From the NCBI GenBank assembly GCA_963754315.1, contig CAVWFS010000007.1:288001-352000 (forward strand): DNA of 64,000 nucleotides. Direction: 5' to 3'. Source of the DNA: an uncultured Candidatus Rokubacteria bacterium (GTDB lineage Bacteria > Methylomirabilota > Methylomirabilia > Rokubacteriales > CSP1-6). The notes beneath the pieces are model-generated. The model saw only the letters and a program-made list of their open reading frames with translations. It had not been told where the DNA came from and ran no database searches. Below are positions 19,630-29,788 of the stretch, piece by piece; within the stretch, counting starts at the first letter, position 1, and each line of letters opens with the position of its first letter. The translations under genes were made by a program, and so were the position numbers.

Positions 19630-20072
19630 GACCTTGGCGCCGTCTCCTCAGGAACGATGCGGGTTTCACGCTCGTAGAACTCTTGGTGGTCATCGTCGTG
19701 CTCGGACTCCTGGTTGGTCTGGTCGGGCCGCGGTTGTGGGGACAGGTCAGCAAATCGAAACAAGCGACGGCCAAGGCTCAGATCGAGCTGATCGGCTCGG
19801 CGCTCGATCAGTTCCGCTTGGACAACGGGAGCTACCCGGGCAGCCTCGAGGCCCTCAACCAGAAGCCAGGGAACGCGGCGAGCTGGAACGGGCCCTACCT
19901 GAAAAAGGCCGTCCCGAACGATCCGTGGGGCCACCCGTACAAGTTCAAGTGTTGTCCAGGGCAGTTTGGCGAGTACGACCTCTGGTCGGAGGGGGCCGAC
20001 GGGGCCCCGGGTGGCGAGGGCGAGAACACCGACGTCGTCTCATGGAGCGAGACACCCCAGGCGCAGCGGTAG
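19626..20072 (+). CDS. gspG: Major pseudopilin GspG
   Basis: G|FTLVELL prepilin site; LDQFRLDNGSYP, WNGPYL, DPWGHPY, GADGAPGGEGEN. Confidence 0.95.
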   Translation: MRPWRRLLRNDAGFTLVELLVVIVVLGLLVGLVGPRLWGQVSKSKQATAKAQIELIGSALDQFRLDNGSYPGSLEALNQKPGNAASWNGPYLKKAVPNDPWGHPYKFKCCPGQFGEYDLWSEGADGAPGGEGENTDVVSWSETPQAQR

Positions 20073-20500
20073 TACAGGCGCCAGGCTTCAGCCTCATCGA
20101 GGTCGTCCTGGTGCTGTTCGTGCTGGCCCTGGCCACCGCCGTCGCCCTACCCGTCGTGGGCCGAACTACGGACGCGATCCGCATGCGGGCGGAGGTCGCG
20201 AGCTTCTCAGCAACCCTACGGCATGCCCGCGAGCTGGCGGTGACGACCCAGCGCCCATTCCGCGTGGAGGTGAACCCCGCCGAGCACCGCATGACCGTCG
20301 TGGCCGACGAGGACGATGTGCGGCTGACGCGCTCGCTGGCCCCTCAGCTCACGGTGCAGGCCGTCTCGGGGCCCTCCCTCACTGTACGCTTCGACCCTCA
20401 AGGTATCTCCAATGGCGGCGACTTCCGCCTCAGCGCGGGGAACTCCGTCTACCTGGTCAACGTGGACCCCCTGACCGGCCGCGTGCGAATCAGCCGATGA
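20042..20500 (+). CDS. gspH: Minor pseudopilin GspH
   Basis: G|FSLIEVV prepilin site; RFDPQG...VDPLTGRV C-terminus. Confidence 0.85.
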   Translation: MERDTPGAAVVQAPGFSLIEVVLVLFVLALATAVALPVVGRTTDAIRMRAEVASFSATLRHARELAVTTQRPFRVEVNPAEHRMTVVADEDDVRLTRSLAPQLTVQAVSGPSLTVRFDPQGISNGGDFRLSAGNSVYLVNVDPLTGRVRISR

Positions 20501-21033
20501 GGAAGGCATCCGCGACCCTGCCCGAGCATCGGCACGATCAAGCGGGCTTCTCGCTCCTCGAGGTGCTGATCGCCCTGGCCATCCTTGGTACTGCGGTCGT
20601 CGCCGCCATCCAGGGCGTGAGCCAGGGGCTGCGCCTGCTCAAGGTGTCTGGCGACCAGCAGCAGGCCACCGCCGTGGCTGACCAAAAAGCGCGAGAAATC
20701 GTCTCGCTCGTGGAGGGGGTCGACTCGGGCTCCGAGGGTCGCTTCTCCTGGCAACGGGTGACGCGCGTTGTCGAGACGCCGGAGCTCACCCCGGCCGACA
20801 GCGCACCGAAGTGGCGAGTATTCGAGATCGCAGTCGCTGTCACCTGGGACGACCAGCGGCGCGTGGACGTCACGACGCTCCGTACGGTGCCGGCGACCTC
20901 CGATCCCACCCGTGACACGATCGGATCGGATTCGCCCCAGCCCGGAGGTAGTCCATCGGCTAGCCCTTCCCAGAGCCCGTCCATGGGCACTGGGTCCGGC
21001 GCCGTCGGCCGGCCCATCGAGCGGAGGCACTGA
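20497..21033 (+). CDS. gspI: Minor pseudopilin GspI with Ser/Pro-rich tail
   Basis: G|FSLLEVLIALAI prepilin site; operon position. Confidence 0.85.
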   Translation: MRKASATLPEHRHDQAGFSLLEVLIALAILGTAVVAAIQGVSQGLRLLKVSGDQQQATAVADQKAREIVSLVEGVDSGSEGRFSWQRVTRVVETPELTPADSAPKWRVFEIAVAVTWDDQRRVDVTTLRTVPATSDPTRDTIGSDSPQPGGSPSASPSQSPSMGTGSGAVGRPIERRH

Positions 21034-21100
21034 CGGGCCGCTCCGGGTCGGGGAGCGGTGGGAGAACCTCTAGTACACCGTCCTTCATGGATCCCCGCAA

Positions 21101-21736
21101 ATGAAGAAGCGCCGGCGTTTCGGCCGTGCGCCCCGTACCGTGCGACCAGCGGGTTTTACGCTCGTCGAACTCCTGATCGCTATGGCCATCGTCGGCGCCC
21201 TTCTCGTGATCGCCTTCGGCGGTCTCAGAGTGGTCCTGGCGGCGTCGCAACGCGGCGAGGAGCGGGTCGAGGTACACCAGCACCTGCGCAGCTTGGCGAC
21301 GATCCTCACCCGTGCCGTGGGCGCCACCTATCCGTACAAGGGGTCCATGGGCGAGAACCCCGAAGCGCGGCTGCTCTTCCAGGGAACGGCCTCGAAGCTC
21401 GAGTTCGTCACCCAGGCGCCGCCGTTTGCGCTGGCAGCGCCGGTGGCATTCACGGCGGTGGTGCTGGAGCACGTCGAGGGGGAGGGGTTGGTCATCAAGG
21501 AGCGGGCCCTGCCGAACTGGAACCCGTTCACGGATGCTACCGTCGTGCTGCGTGACCGAGCCGTGAACGCGCTCACCTTCCGGTACATGGACCAGAGCGG
21601 CAACTGGCAGCCTTCATGGGAAGAGGACAACTCCACTCCGGCCGCCATCGAGATCGCGGTCGGTCTCGCCCTCGACGGGCGCCAGACCACGCTTCCCCCG
21701 CTGGTGGTGCCGCTCAAGGTCACCCCCCCCGAATGA
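21101..21736 (+). CDS. gspJ: Minor pseudopilin GspJ
   Basis: G|FTLVELLIA prepilin site; operon position. Confidence 0.85.
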   Translation: MKKRRRFGRAPRTVRPAGFTLVELLIAMAIVGALLVIAFGGLRVVLAASQRGEERVEVHQHLRSLATILTRAVGATYPYKGSMGENPEARLLFQGTASKLEFVTQAPPFALAAPVAFTAVVLEHVEGEGLVIKERALPNWNPFTDATVVLRDRAVNALTFRYMDQSGNWQPSWEEDNSTPAAIEIAVGLALDGRQTTLPPLVVPLKVTPPE

Positions 21737-22698
21737 CCGCACCCTGCCCGGTCGCCAAGAAACCGTCCTCCGAGGGAGGGTTCGCCTTGGTCGCGGTCCT
21801 GCTCGTTCTGGCCATCATCGGCATTCTCGGCGCCGAGTTCGCCTACTCGATGCGCCTCGAGGCGAGGGCGGCGTTGACCTACAAGGAGAGCGTGCTCGGG
21901 CTGCACTTGGCCGAAGCTGGAGTGCAGAATGCCCTGCGCGAACTGGTCGGACAGGGGCCCCGGGCCGCCATGGCCGAGGACGGGCAGCTCACCTTCTACA
22001 CGACGGGAAATGTTGCCGTGCCGCGGCTGAACCGAGAGAAGGTTGCCTACGGCGGTGGCCACTACTCTTACCGCATTACCGACGAGGCGTCCCGTCTCAA
22101 CGTCAACACCGTGACGGCGCAGTCTCTGCAGGCGCTCGATCGGTTGCTCCAATCCCTTGGGATCGAGAAGGAGGAGCGGGACATCATCAGTGACTCGATC
22201 CAGGACTGGCGCGACGGCAACGACGCGCATCGGGTCAACGGAGCGGAAAGCGACGACTATTATCTGAAGCTTCCCGTTCCCTACCGCGCCCGTAACGCTC
22301 CTATGCAGTCGATCAACGAGTTACTCCAGATCAAGGGTATGACCCCTGAACTCTTCCGGGGTACCGCCGAGCGGCCGGGCCTGGCCGAGTTCCTGACCGT
22401 AGCGACGCCGAATCCGGGGAATCCCAACATCAATACGGCGAGCCGCAGAGTGCTGGCAGCGCTTGGCCTCGCCGAGGCCGAAATCGTACAAATCGTGGCC
22501 ACGCGACAGGAAGTACCGTACGCTCAGACCCCGGGACAATTCACACGCGCCGGACTCACCGCTCAGTCGACGACCTATCGAATCGAAGCGGAAGGTGTGG
22601 TCGACGGCAAGGTCCGTGCCCGCGTCACGGCCATCGTCAGGAAGGTCGATCAACCCCGTCCGTCCATCACCGTACTCGACTGGTGGATGCACCGCTGA
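21733..22698 (+). CDS. gspK: Minor pseudopilin GspK
   Basis: G|FALVAVL (no E5, typical of GspK); DEASRLNVN, IQDWRD, GAESDDYY, NINTA. Confidence 0.9.
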   Translation: MTAPCPVAKKPSSEGGFALVAVLLVLAIIGILGAEFAYSMRLEARAALTYKESVLGLHLAEAGVQNALRELVGQGPRAAMAEDGQLTFYTTGNVAVPRLNREKVAYGGGHYSYRITDEASRLNVNTVTAQSLQALDRLLQSLGIEKEERDIISDSIQDWRDGNDAHRVNGAESDDYYLKLPVPYRARNAPMQSINELLQIKGMTPELFRGTAERPGLAEFLTVATPNPGNPNINTASRRVLAALGLAEAEIVQIVATRQEVPYAQTPGQFTRAGLTAQSTTYRIEAEGVVDGKVRARVTAIVRKVDQPRPSITVLDWWMHR

Positions 22699-22710
22699 GC
22701 GCTTCGGGCA

Positions 22711-22739
22711 TTGCCGGGCTCCGGGAATCGACTTAAAAT
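22711..22739 (+). promoter_or_regulatory. Putative internal sigma70 promoter for gspLMCD
   Basis: TTGCCG-17 nt-TAAAAT in the gspK-gspL gap. Confidence 0.55.
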
Positions 22740-22775
22740 GAGCGGCGACCCGACCTTCGGTCGTACTCTGACATT

Positions 22776-24218
22776 GTGATTCTTCCAACGACCAAGCTCG
22801 CCATCATCCTGGCCGGAAACCGCCTCATCGTGGCGGCCGTCCGCCGCCATCGCGCGGAGACGTTCGTCGTGGAGGAGGCGGAACAGCCGGTGACGGCGCT
22901 CCGCGCCGAGCTCGACGCCCGCAAGCTTGCCCCGCGCGCGGTCGCCCTCGGGCTCCCCCGGGCCTCGGTCACTGTCAAGCCGATCGACTTTCCTCTCGTC
23001 AGCGGCAACATGCGCGAGATGGTCCGTTTCGAGCTCGAGCGCCACGTCCCGTTTCCCGCCGATGACGCCGCCTTCGACTTCACACTCGTTCCCGCCAACG
23101 TGAACGGGTCGGCCACCCCCGGGACCCGGCGCCTCCTGGTGGCGGGCGCGGACCGCCGGGTAGTGGAAAGTGCCCTGCGTATCGCCGACGAGGCCAAGCT
23201 CAAGACCACCTCGGTCACGGTGGCGTCGCACGACCTGCTCTGGCTGGTCAAGCTCGAGCGAAAGAGCCGCACCGTGTGGGTCCACAAGAGCCCCCTTGGC
23301 GTCGATCTTCTCTTCGTGGCAAACGCCCAGCTCGTGATGAGCCGGGCACTCCCCGGCGCCAGCGACGAAGAAATCGCCAGTGAGATCCGTCAAAGCCTCA
23401 CCGTGCTCCGCTGGCGAACATGTGACGCCATTTGGCTGTCGGGTGAATCGGAGTATGTCGGCACTGCGTTTGCGCCACTGGGCGCGCCGGTCTCGGCGCC
23501 TCCCTACACGGCCACCGCCCGGCATCTCTTGGGGGGCCTTGAGCGCGAGACCGATTCCACCCGTAGTTTGGGCGAGCTGGCCATCGCAGTCGCCGCGCGG
23601 CACGGGGCGCGGCCGCTCGATCTCATCCCCGACGCGCGCCGCCCGCGTCGAATCACGCGCACCCAGTGGGCGACCATCGGAACCCTGGCTGCGACCCTCA
23701 TCCTGGGTGCGGCTGCACTCCTATATCCCGGATACCGGGCTAGTCGATACCTGGCGTCCGTCAATCGGAAGATCGAAGCGCTGACACCAGAGGTGCGCGC
23801 GGTGGAGCGGGTCCAGGGAGAGCTCGAGCGCAAGCGCAAGCTACTCGCCAGCATCGTGGCCATCGAGGCGAACGCCGCCCGGCCGTTGCCCGTCTTGCGC
23901 GAGCTGACGGAGGTCATCCCGTCCGAGGCGTGGCTCAGCAGCCTGTCCCTCGATACGAAAGGTGTCGAGCTCACCGGGCAGGCTGCATCCGCGAGCACCC
24001 TGATACCTCTGCTCGAGAACTCTCCCCGGCTCGAGAGAGTCGAGTTTTCGTCGCCGGTGACGCGCGGCCGAGACAAGGAGCAGTTCCGTATCAAGGCGTC
24101 CTGGGAGGTGCAGGGTCGGCCCGTGACTCCCCCGCCCGCTGCCGGCGCGACGCCCCCGGCCCGACCGCGACCTGCTGGCCCCGGCCCGTTGACCGCTCCA
24201 GGTGGGTCGCCGCGATGA
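22776..24218 (+). CDS. gspL: GspL/PilM-PilN-like protein
   Basis: FELERHVPF actin-like region, single TM segment, PilN-like ELTEVIPSEAWL...LENSPRL. Confidence 0.8.
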   Translation: MILPTTKLAIILAGNRLIVAAVRRHRAETFVVEEAEQPVTALRAELDARKLAPRAVALGLPRASVTVKPIDFPLVSGNMREMVRFELERHVPFPADDAAFDFTLVPANVNGSATPGTRRLLVAGADRRVVESALRIADEAKLKTTSVTVASHDLLWLVKLERKSRTVWVHKSPLGVDLLFVANAQLVMSRALPGASDEEIASEIRQSLTVLRWRTCDAIWLSGESEYVGTAFAPLGAPVSAPPYTATARHLLGGLERETDSTRSLGELAIAVAARHGARPLDLIPDARRPRRITRTQWATIGTLAATLILGAAALLYPGYRASRYLASVNRKIEALTPEVRAVERVQGELERKRKLLASIVAIEANAARPLPVLRELTEVIPSEAWLSSLSLDTKGVELTGQAASASTLIPLLENSPRLERVEFSSPVTRGRDKEQFRIKASWEVQGRPVTPPPAAGATPPARPRPAGPGPLTAPGGSPR

Positions 24219-24778
24219 TGAGCTCTCTCTCCCGGCGGGAACGGCGGCTCATCATGGGAGCGGTGGCGGTGGCGGTCCTCGTGGGGGGCTGGTTGCTGCT
24301 CGTCGAGCCCGCCATCGAACGCAACCGCATCGCTCAGGAGGTGATCCCTGCTCGGCAGGAGCTTCTCGCTCGCCGTCTCGAGCTGGTGAGCCGTAAAGAT
24401 GCCATCGCTGGGGACCTGGAGGCGGTGAACGGGAAGATCAATACGCTCGGCGGACGGTTTCTCACCGCCGCCACACCAGGCGTCGCCGCCTCTGAGCTCC
24501 AGAAAATTGTCAAGGATACGGCGGGACAGGTGAACACCGAGGTCCGGAGCGAGCGGATCCTTCCGACGGTCGATCGCGGCGAGATCTTAGAGGTCCCCAT
24601 CGAGATCACCGTATCGGGCGAGATCCGTCAGCTCGTGGATCTACTGGCGCGGCTTGAGACGGCCCCCAAGCTCTTGACCATCCAGGACCTGAAGCTTCGG
24701 GTGGTGAACGTGAGTCAGCCCAAGGAGATCTTGGCCACGGTCACCCTGTCGGGTTACCTCTTGACGGGCCGGGGCTAA
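24215..24778 (+). CDS. gspM: GspM/PilO-like protein
   Basis: LSRRERRL followed by TM segment, coiled coil and ferredoxin-like C-terminal domain. Confidence 0.8.
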   Translation: MMSSLSRRERRLIMGAVAVAVLVGGWLLLVEPAIERNRIAQEVIPARQELLARRLELVSRKDAIAGDLEAVNGKINTLGGRFLTAATPGVAASELQKIVKDTAGQVNTEVRSERILPTVDRGEILEVPIEITVSGEIRQLVDLLARLETAPKLLTIQDLKLRVVNVSQPKEILATVTLSGYLLTGRG

Positions 24779-24781
24779 CCG

Positions 24782-25516
24782 ATGCCGAAGGGTCTTCTGA
24801 TCGGCAACGCGGTTCTCCTGGCCGCCGTGGCGCTCTTTGTCGTGTTGATGGTCCGCACGGCGCGAACACCGTGGCCCGCGCCGAGTCCCGTTCGCCCACG
24901 CCCGGCGCCGGCCCAGAGTGCGCCGCCTGGGGAGGCCGACGCCAAATCCCCGCCCACGCCCCAGACCTATGCGATCATCGCAACCCGTAACCTCTTCAGC
25001 CCAACCCGGACCGAGGCCCCGCCGCCGCCAGCGACTGCTTCGCCCGCGGTGGTGCTACCAAAGCCGAACCTGTACGGAGTCGTCGTGGGGGAGAGCGCGC
25101 CGATCGCCTACCTGGAAGATCCAGTGACCAAGCGCGTCGGCGGATACCGGCTGGGTGACACGATCGCCGGGGGAACCGTGAAGGACATCACGCGTGACCG
25201 GGTCACGTTGGCGCGCCCCGAAGGCAATATTGATATTCGCTTGCATGACCCTTCGCGGCCGCGTCCTGCTGCGCCACCGCCGGCAGCGCCCGGGACACCT
25301 CCCGTCCCTGGCGCCCAGCCTCCGCGCCCTGCTCCGGTGACGCCCCCAACAGTGGGCCCGACACCCACACCTCCCACCCCAGAGGCGGGAACCCCACCAC
25401 GCCGGACCTTACCTCCGAACCTCTTGCGGCGCCTTCCGACAGGCGGCTCCAACCGATGCGCCCCAACAGTAGCCTGCGCCCCGCCCTGGGTGTGGTCATG
25501 CTGGTCAGCCATCTGA
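24782..25516 (+). CDS. gspC: GspC-like protein (TM, HR domain, Pro-rich tail)
   Basis: N-terminal TM, RNLFSPTR, YRLGDTIAGGTVKDI; the true stop may be TAG 25470-25472 after a late indel. Confidence 0.7.
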   Translation: MPKGLLIGNAVLLAAVALFVVLMVRTARTPWPAPSPVRPRPAPAQSAPPGEADAKSPPTPQTYAIIATRNLFSPTRTEAPPPPATASPAVVLPKPNLYGVVVGESAPIAYLEDPVTKRVGGYRLGDTIAGGTVKDITRDRVTLARPEGNIDIRLHDPSRPRPAAPPPAAPGTPPVPGAQPPRPAPVTPPTVGPTPTPPTPEAGTPPRRTLPPNLLRRLPTGGSNRCAPTVACAPPWVWSCWSAI

Positions 25517-27848
25517 GCGCTTGCGCGACCGCGCCACCCAAACCGGTGCCGGCGCCGTCGCCGCCTTCCGTATCCGTCACCGACCGAACCCGTTTCGCCC
25601 AAGGCCGAGACGCCTCCTCCTGCTCCGGCTCTTCCACCGGTAACGATCGGGCCCCGACCATCCACTCCGCCCGCGCCTCCCGAGGCGAAACCAGCGCCCG
25701 CGCCTCAGCCGGCACCACCGCCACTTCCGTCACCGCCCGCTCCACCCGCAGCGTCGCCCGCGCGCGGGCGCAATATCGTCTTGAATTTCGACAACGCGGA
25801 CATCGAGACGGTGATCCAGGCCGCGAGCGAGATCGTCGGGTTCAACTACGTGCTGGCCCCGGACGTGCGCGGCAAGGTGACTGTCCAGACTGCTGGCCGT
25901 ATCCCTCAGGAGGACGTGTTCGGTGTCCTCCTGGCTATCCTCGAGGTACACGGCTTCACGGCCGTCAAGTCGGGCAACCTCTACAAGATGATCAAGATCG
26001 AGGGGGCTCGCGAACGAGCCGTTCCCACCATCGTGGGGGCCATGCCTGATGCCGCGCGTCCTGACGACGAGATCATTACCCAAATCGTGGTGGTGCGCTA
26101 CGCATCGGCGACCGATCTCACCACGCTCCTGCGTCCCATGATCTCGGCCCGAGGCTCCCTGGCCGCCCACCGCGAAACGAACGTCTTGATCGTCACCGAC
26201 ACCGCCGCCAATATCAGGCGTTTGCTCGATATCGTCCGCCTGGTCGACGTCGAGGTCGCCCTCGACGAGCTTCAGATCATTCCCATCCGCTTCGCGGATG
26301 CCAACGACCTGGCGACCATCCTGAACCAGCTCTACCAGAGCGGTCGGGTCAGGACGGCCGCCGGTCCGGCGCCACCGGGTGTCGCGGCTTCCGCCCCCGG
26401 TGGCCCCGCCTGGAGCGGCCCCCGTCCCAGGGCGCCCGCCAGGGCCGGCGACAGCAGAGGCAACGGGGGTGGAGCGCGCGCCGTTCATCATCGCCGAGCG
26501 GCGCTCGAACTCTCTCGTCATCCACGCCCGCCGGCGGGACATCGAGACCATCAAGCGCCTGATCGAGCAGCTCGACCAGAACATCTACAGTGGTCGCCGC
26601 GTGTTCGTCTACTACGCGGAGAACGCCAAGTCCAAGGACCTGGCGTCAACCCTGAACGCGATCTACGGCTCGGGCCCGACCACGACCACGTCGACGCCGA
26701 CCACCCCGACCACGCCTTCCTATGGGCCCGGTGGCCGCGCACCAGGACCGGCGCCGTCGCCCCCGTCGGCAGCGGCGGGACCGGCTCAGGTTGGGGCGGG
26801 TCTGGTCCCCGAGGCGGGTATCCTGGAGGGCCAGGTTCGTTTCATCGCCGATGAGACGACCAACGCCGTCATCGTCACCACGTACCAGCGGAGCTGGGAA
26901 GAGCTCCAGGAGACCATCAAGCAGCTCGATCGGATGCCGCGCCAGGTGCTCATCGAGGTCCTGGTCACCGAGGTCACGCTCACCAATGACTTACGGCTCG
27001 GGCTCGACTGGGCAATCCGATCGGGTAAATTCCAGATCTCCTCGACGACGGGCCGTTCACCCGACTTAGCCGATTTCTTTATCTCCGGGGCGACCGGCCT
27101 CCTTCCGGCGGTCGGCTCCGGCGGCCTGACGGCCCTGGCCTTCTCCGCTGGCGAGTTCGCGGCCCTGCTCAACGCGTTGGCGGCCCAGAACCTCCTGAAC
27201 ACGCTCTCGAACCCGCATGTCCTTACCTCTGAGAACAAGAAGGCGGTTATCAACGTCTCGCAGTCGGTCCCGATCATTACCAGCCAGCAGGTTCCGCTGG
27301 GGGCAGGGACGGCGGGCGACAACGCGGCGATCGTCGGCACGCAGTCGGTCGAGTATCGCGACGCCGGTGTGGTCCTCACCGTCACCCCGCGCATCGGAGA
27401 ACGGGGGACGGTCGCCCTCGATGTCAAGCAGGAGGTCAACGACATCGGACCGAACCAGCCGCCCACCTTCTCGCCGATCATCATCAAGCGTGAGGCGGAG
27501 ACATCGGTGGTGCTCCTGAACAATCAGACCTTGGTGCTGGGCGGACTGATCAGGGACAAACGCACCCTCGACGATCGGGGCATTCCGCTTCTCAAGGACA
27601 TCCCGTACCTGGGCTACCTCTTCGGGTTCAAGGAGAACAAGGTCGAGAAGACCGAGTTACTCATGTTCATCACCCCGCGTGTGATAGGCACCGCGCTCGA
27701 TGCCGCACGGGTCACCGACGAATACCGCCGGGCCACACCAGTTCTCGAGGAGTCGATCAAGCGGGCACCCCGCCAGCTCAAGATCGGGCCAATCCCTCCC
27801 CCTACCGCGCCGAGTCCACCGAGTCCGCAGACCCCGCCGGCTCCCTGA
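25456..27848 (+). CDS. gspD: Secretin GspD with lipoprotein signal (frameshifts near 25570 and 26385)
   Basis: LSAC lipobox; LNFDNADIE N0 domain; LDRMPRQVLIEV, VLTVTPRI, GIPLLKDIPYLGYLFG, ELLMFITPRV. Confidence 0.9.
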
Positions 27849-27861
27849 TCGGAACGACGTC

Positions 27862-28647
27862 GTGCGGCTCTCGCAGACCTTGATCGGCATGGTGCACCTG
27901 GCACCACTCCCCGGCAGTCCGCGCTGGGAGGGCTCCATAGACCGCGTCCGCCAGCACGCCCTCACCGACGCCCAGGCCCTCGCCGAGGGTGGCTTCGACG
28001 CGATCCTTGTCGAGAACTTCGGCGACGTGCCGTTCACCGCTGGCCGCGTCGAGGCTTCCACGGTGGCCGCCATGAGCGTCGTGATTGCGGCCATGCGCGC
28101 CGCGCTACCCGGGATCCCGCTTGGTGTCAACGTGCTGAGAAACGATGCACGATCTGCGTTGGCCATCGCGTCTGCCACCGGAGCCGCCTTCATCCGCGCC
28201 AACGTCCACGCGGGGGCGGTGGTGGCCGATCAAGGGCTGCTTCAGGCCGACGCCTACGGGACCCTTCGCGACCGTCGTCTGCTTGGAACCGATGTGGCGA
28301 TCTTCGCCGACGTGCAGACCAAGCATGCGGCGCCTCTGGCCCCCGTCGAGCTCGAGGCGGAGGCGCGTGACCTCGTGCATCGGAGTCTTGCCGATGCGGT
28401 GATCGTGACCGGGCGAGCGACGGGTGAGGCGGCGGCTCTCGCCGACCTCAAGCGGGTGCGCAGCGTGGTGCCCGAGGTCCCCGTGCTGGTGGGCAGCGGG
28501 GTCACCGCGGAGTCGGCGGCCGAGTTGCTCGCGATCGCGGATGGCCTGATCGTCGGAACCTGGATCAAGCGCGAGGGGCGCATCGAGAACCCCATCGACG
28601 GGGCACGCGTGCGCCGGTTGGTGGATGCCGCGCGGGCGGCGCGTTAG
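27862..28647 (+). CDS. btpA: BtpA/SgcQ family TIM-barrel protein
   Basis: IGMVHLAPLPGSP, ENFGDVPF, GVNVLRND, VLVGSGV. Confidence 0.9.
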   Translation: MRLSQTLIGMVHLAPLPGSPRWEGSIDRVRQHALTDAQALAEGGFDAILVENFGDVPFTAGRVEASTVAAMSVVIAAMRAALPGIPLGVNVLRNDARSALAIASATGAAFIRANVHAGAVVADQGLLQADAYGTLRDRRLLGTDVAIFADVQTKHAAPLAPVELEAEARDLVHRSLADAVIVTGRATGEAAALADLKRVRSVVPEVPVLVGSGVTAESAAELLAIADGLIVGTWIKREGRIENPIDGARVRRLVDAARAAR

Positions 28648-29788
28648 CACGAGGCACCTGGCCGCGGCTGGCCGCGCCATTGTCCTCAGCATTGCCCTCC
28701 TCGTCGCGGCCTGCCAGTCGGCCTTCCCGCGCGAGCGTCAACGCCGCCCCACCCCGCCCACGGATCTTGGCGGGCTGGTGCTCGTCGGGTTCCAGGGAAC
28801 CGAGGCCCAGGGCAACCGGGAGCTCGAGGATCTTCTGTGTCGGGTCAAGGTGGGAGGCATCATCCTGTTTGCGCGAAACATCACCGATGCCGCCCAGGTT
28901 GCTCGCCTCACGCGCGAGGCGAGCGAGATGAGCCGCGCCTGTACCGGTCGCCCCCTGCTCATCGCGACCGATGCCGAGGGCGGGCAGGTCATGCGCCTGG
29001 GGCCCAACGCGGGCTACACGCCAACCCCGTCCCACCAGGACCTGGGCAACGCCAACGACCTCGCCATGACCGAGCTGGAGGCGCGACGCATCGGGCGCAT
29101 GCTCCACGAGGCCGGTATCAACTGGAACCTGGCCCCGGTGGTCGACGTGGGCTACAACCCCGCCAATTCCGTGATTGTCCGCTCGGCGAGGAGCTTCGGT
29201 GCGGGCCCGGCGCTGGTCACCAATCACGCTCGCGCATACATCCGTGGCATGCACGCCGAAGGCATTCTGACCGCGCTCAAGCACTTTCCCGGTCACGGCT
29301 CGAGCTTCGCCGACTCACACCTCGGCTTCGTGGATGTCACGCAGACAGCCAACCGTGATGTCGAGATGCTGCCGTACCGGGCGCTCATCGGTGAAGGTCT
29401 CGCCGACAGCGTCATGACGGCTCATGTCTTCAATCGTCACCTCGACACCAGGTACCCCGCGACCCTTTCGAGCAAGACGATCCGCCGCCTCCTTCGCCAG
29501 GCGCTGCGCTTCGACGGAGTCGTGGTGAGCGACGATCTGCGCATGGGCGCCATCGAGAAGCACTACGGTCTCGGCGAGGCGGTGGTGATGGCCCTGCGGG
29601 CGGACGTCGATCTGCTCCTGATCGGCTCCGATCGTCTGCCCGACGGCAACTCCGGCGCCCAGACGACGGTGACTGCCCTGCATGCTGCCCTGGCCGCGGG
29701 GCGACTGGACGCCAAACGCGTGTCCACCGCCCTCCGCCGGGTCGATGCGTTGCGGGCGCGAGTAGGGGCCGCTCGGCTGGCCGACTAG
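28625..29788 (+). CDS. GH3 beta-N-acetylhexosaminidase (NagZ-like), probable lipoprotein
   Basis: DAEGGQV, NLAPVVD, KHFPGHG...DSH, VVSDDL; LVAAC lipobox; start uncertain. Confidence 0.85.
   Translation: MPRGRRVSTRHLAAAGRAIVLSIALLVAACQSAFPRERQRRPTPPTDLGGLVLVGFQGTEAQGNRELEDLLCRVKVGGIILFARNITDAAQVARLTREASEMSRACTGRPLLIATDAEGGQVMRLGPNAGYTPTPSHQDLGNANDLAMTELEARRIGRMLHEAGINWNLAPVVDVGYNPANSVIVRSARSFGAGPALVTNHARAYIRGMHAEGILTALKHFPGHGSSFADSHLGFVDVTQTANRDVEMLPYRALIGEGLADSVMTAHVFNRHLDTRYPATLSSKTIRRLLRQALRFDGVVVSDDLRMGAIEKHYGLGEAVVMALRADVDLLLIGSDRLPDGNSGAQTTVTALHAALAAGRLDAKRVSTALRRVDALRARVGAARLAD

Noticed and set aside
16718..27848. Type IV pilus rather than T2SS
   Set aside because: GspG-type major pseudopilin motifs, GspK and a GspD-type N0 domain are present, and there is no PilT retraction ATPase.
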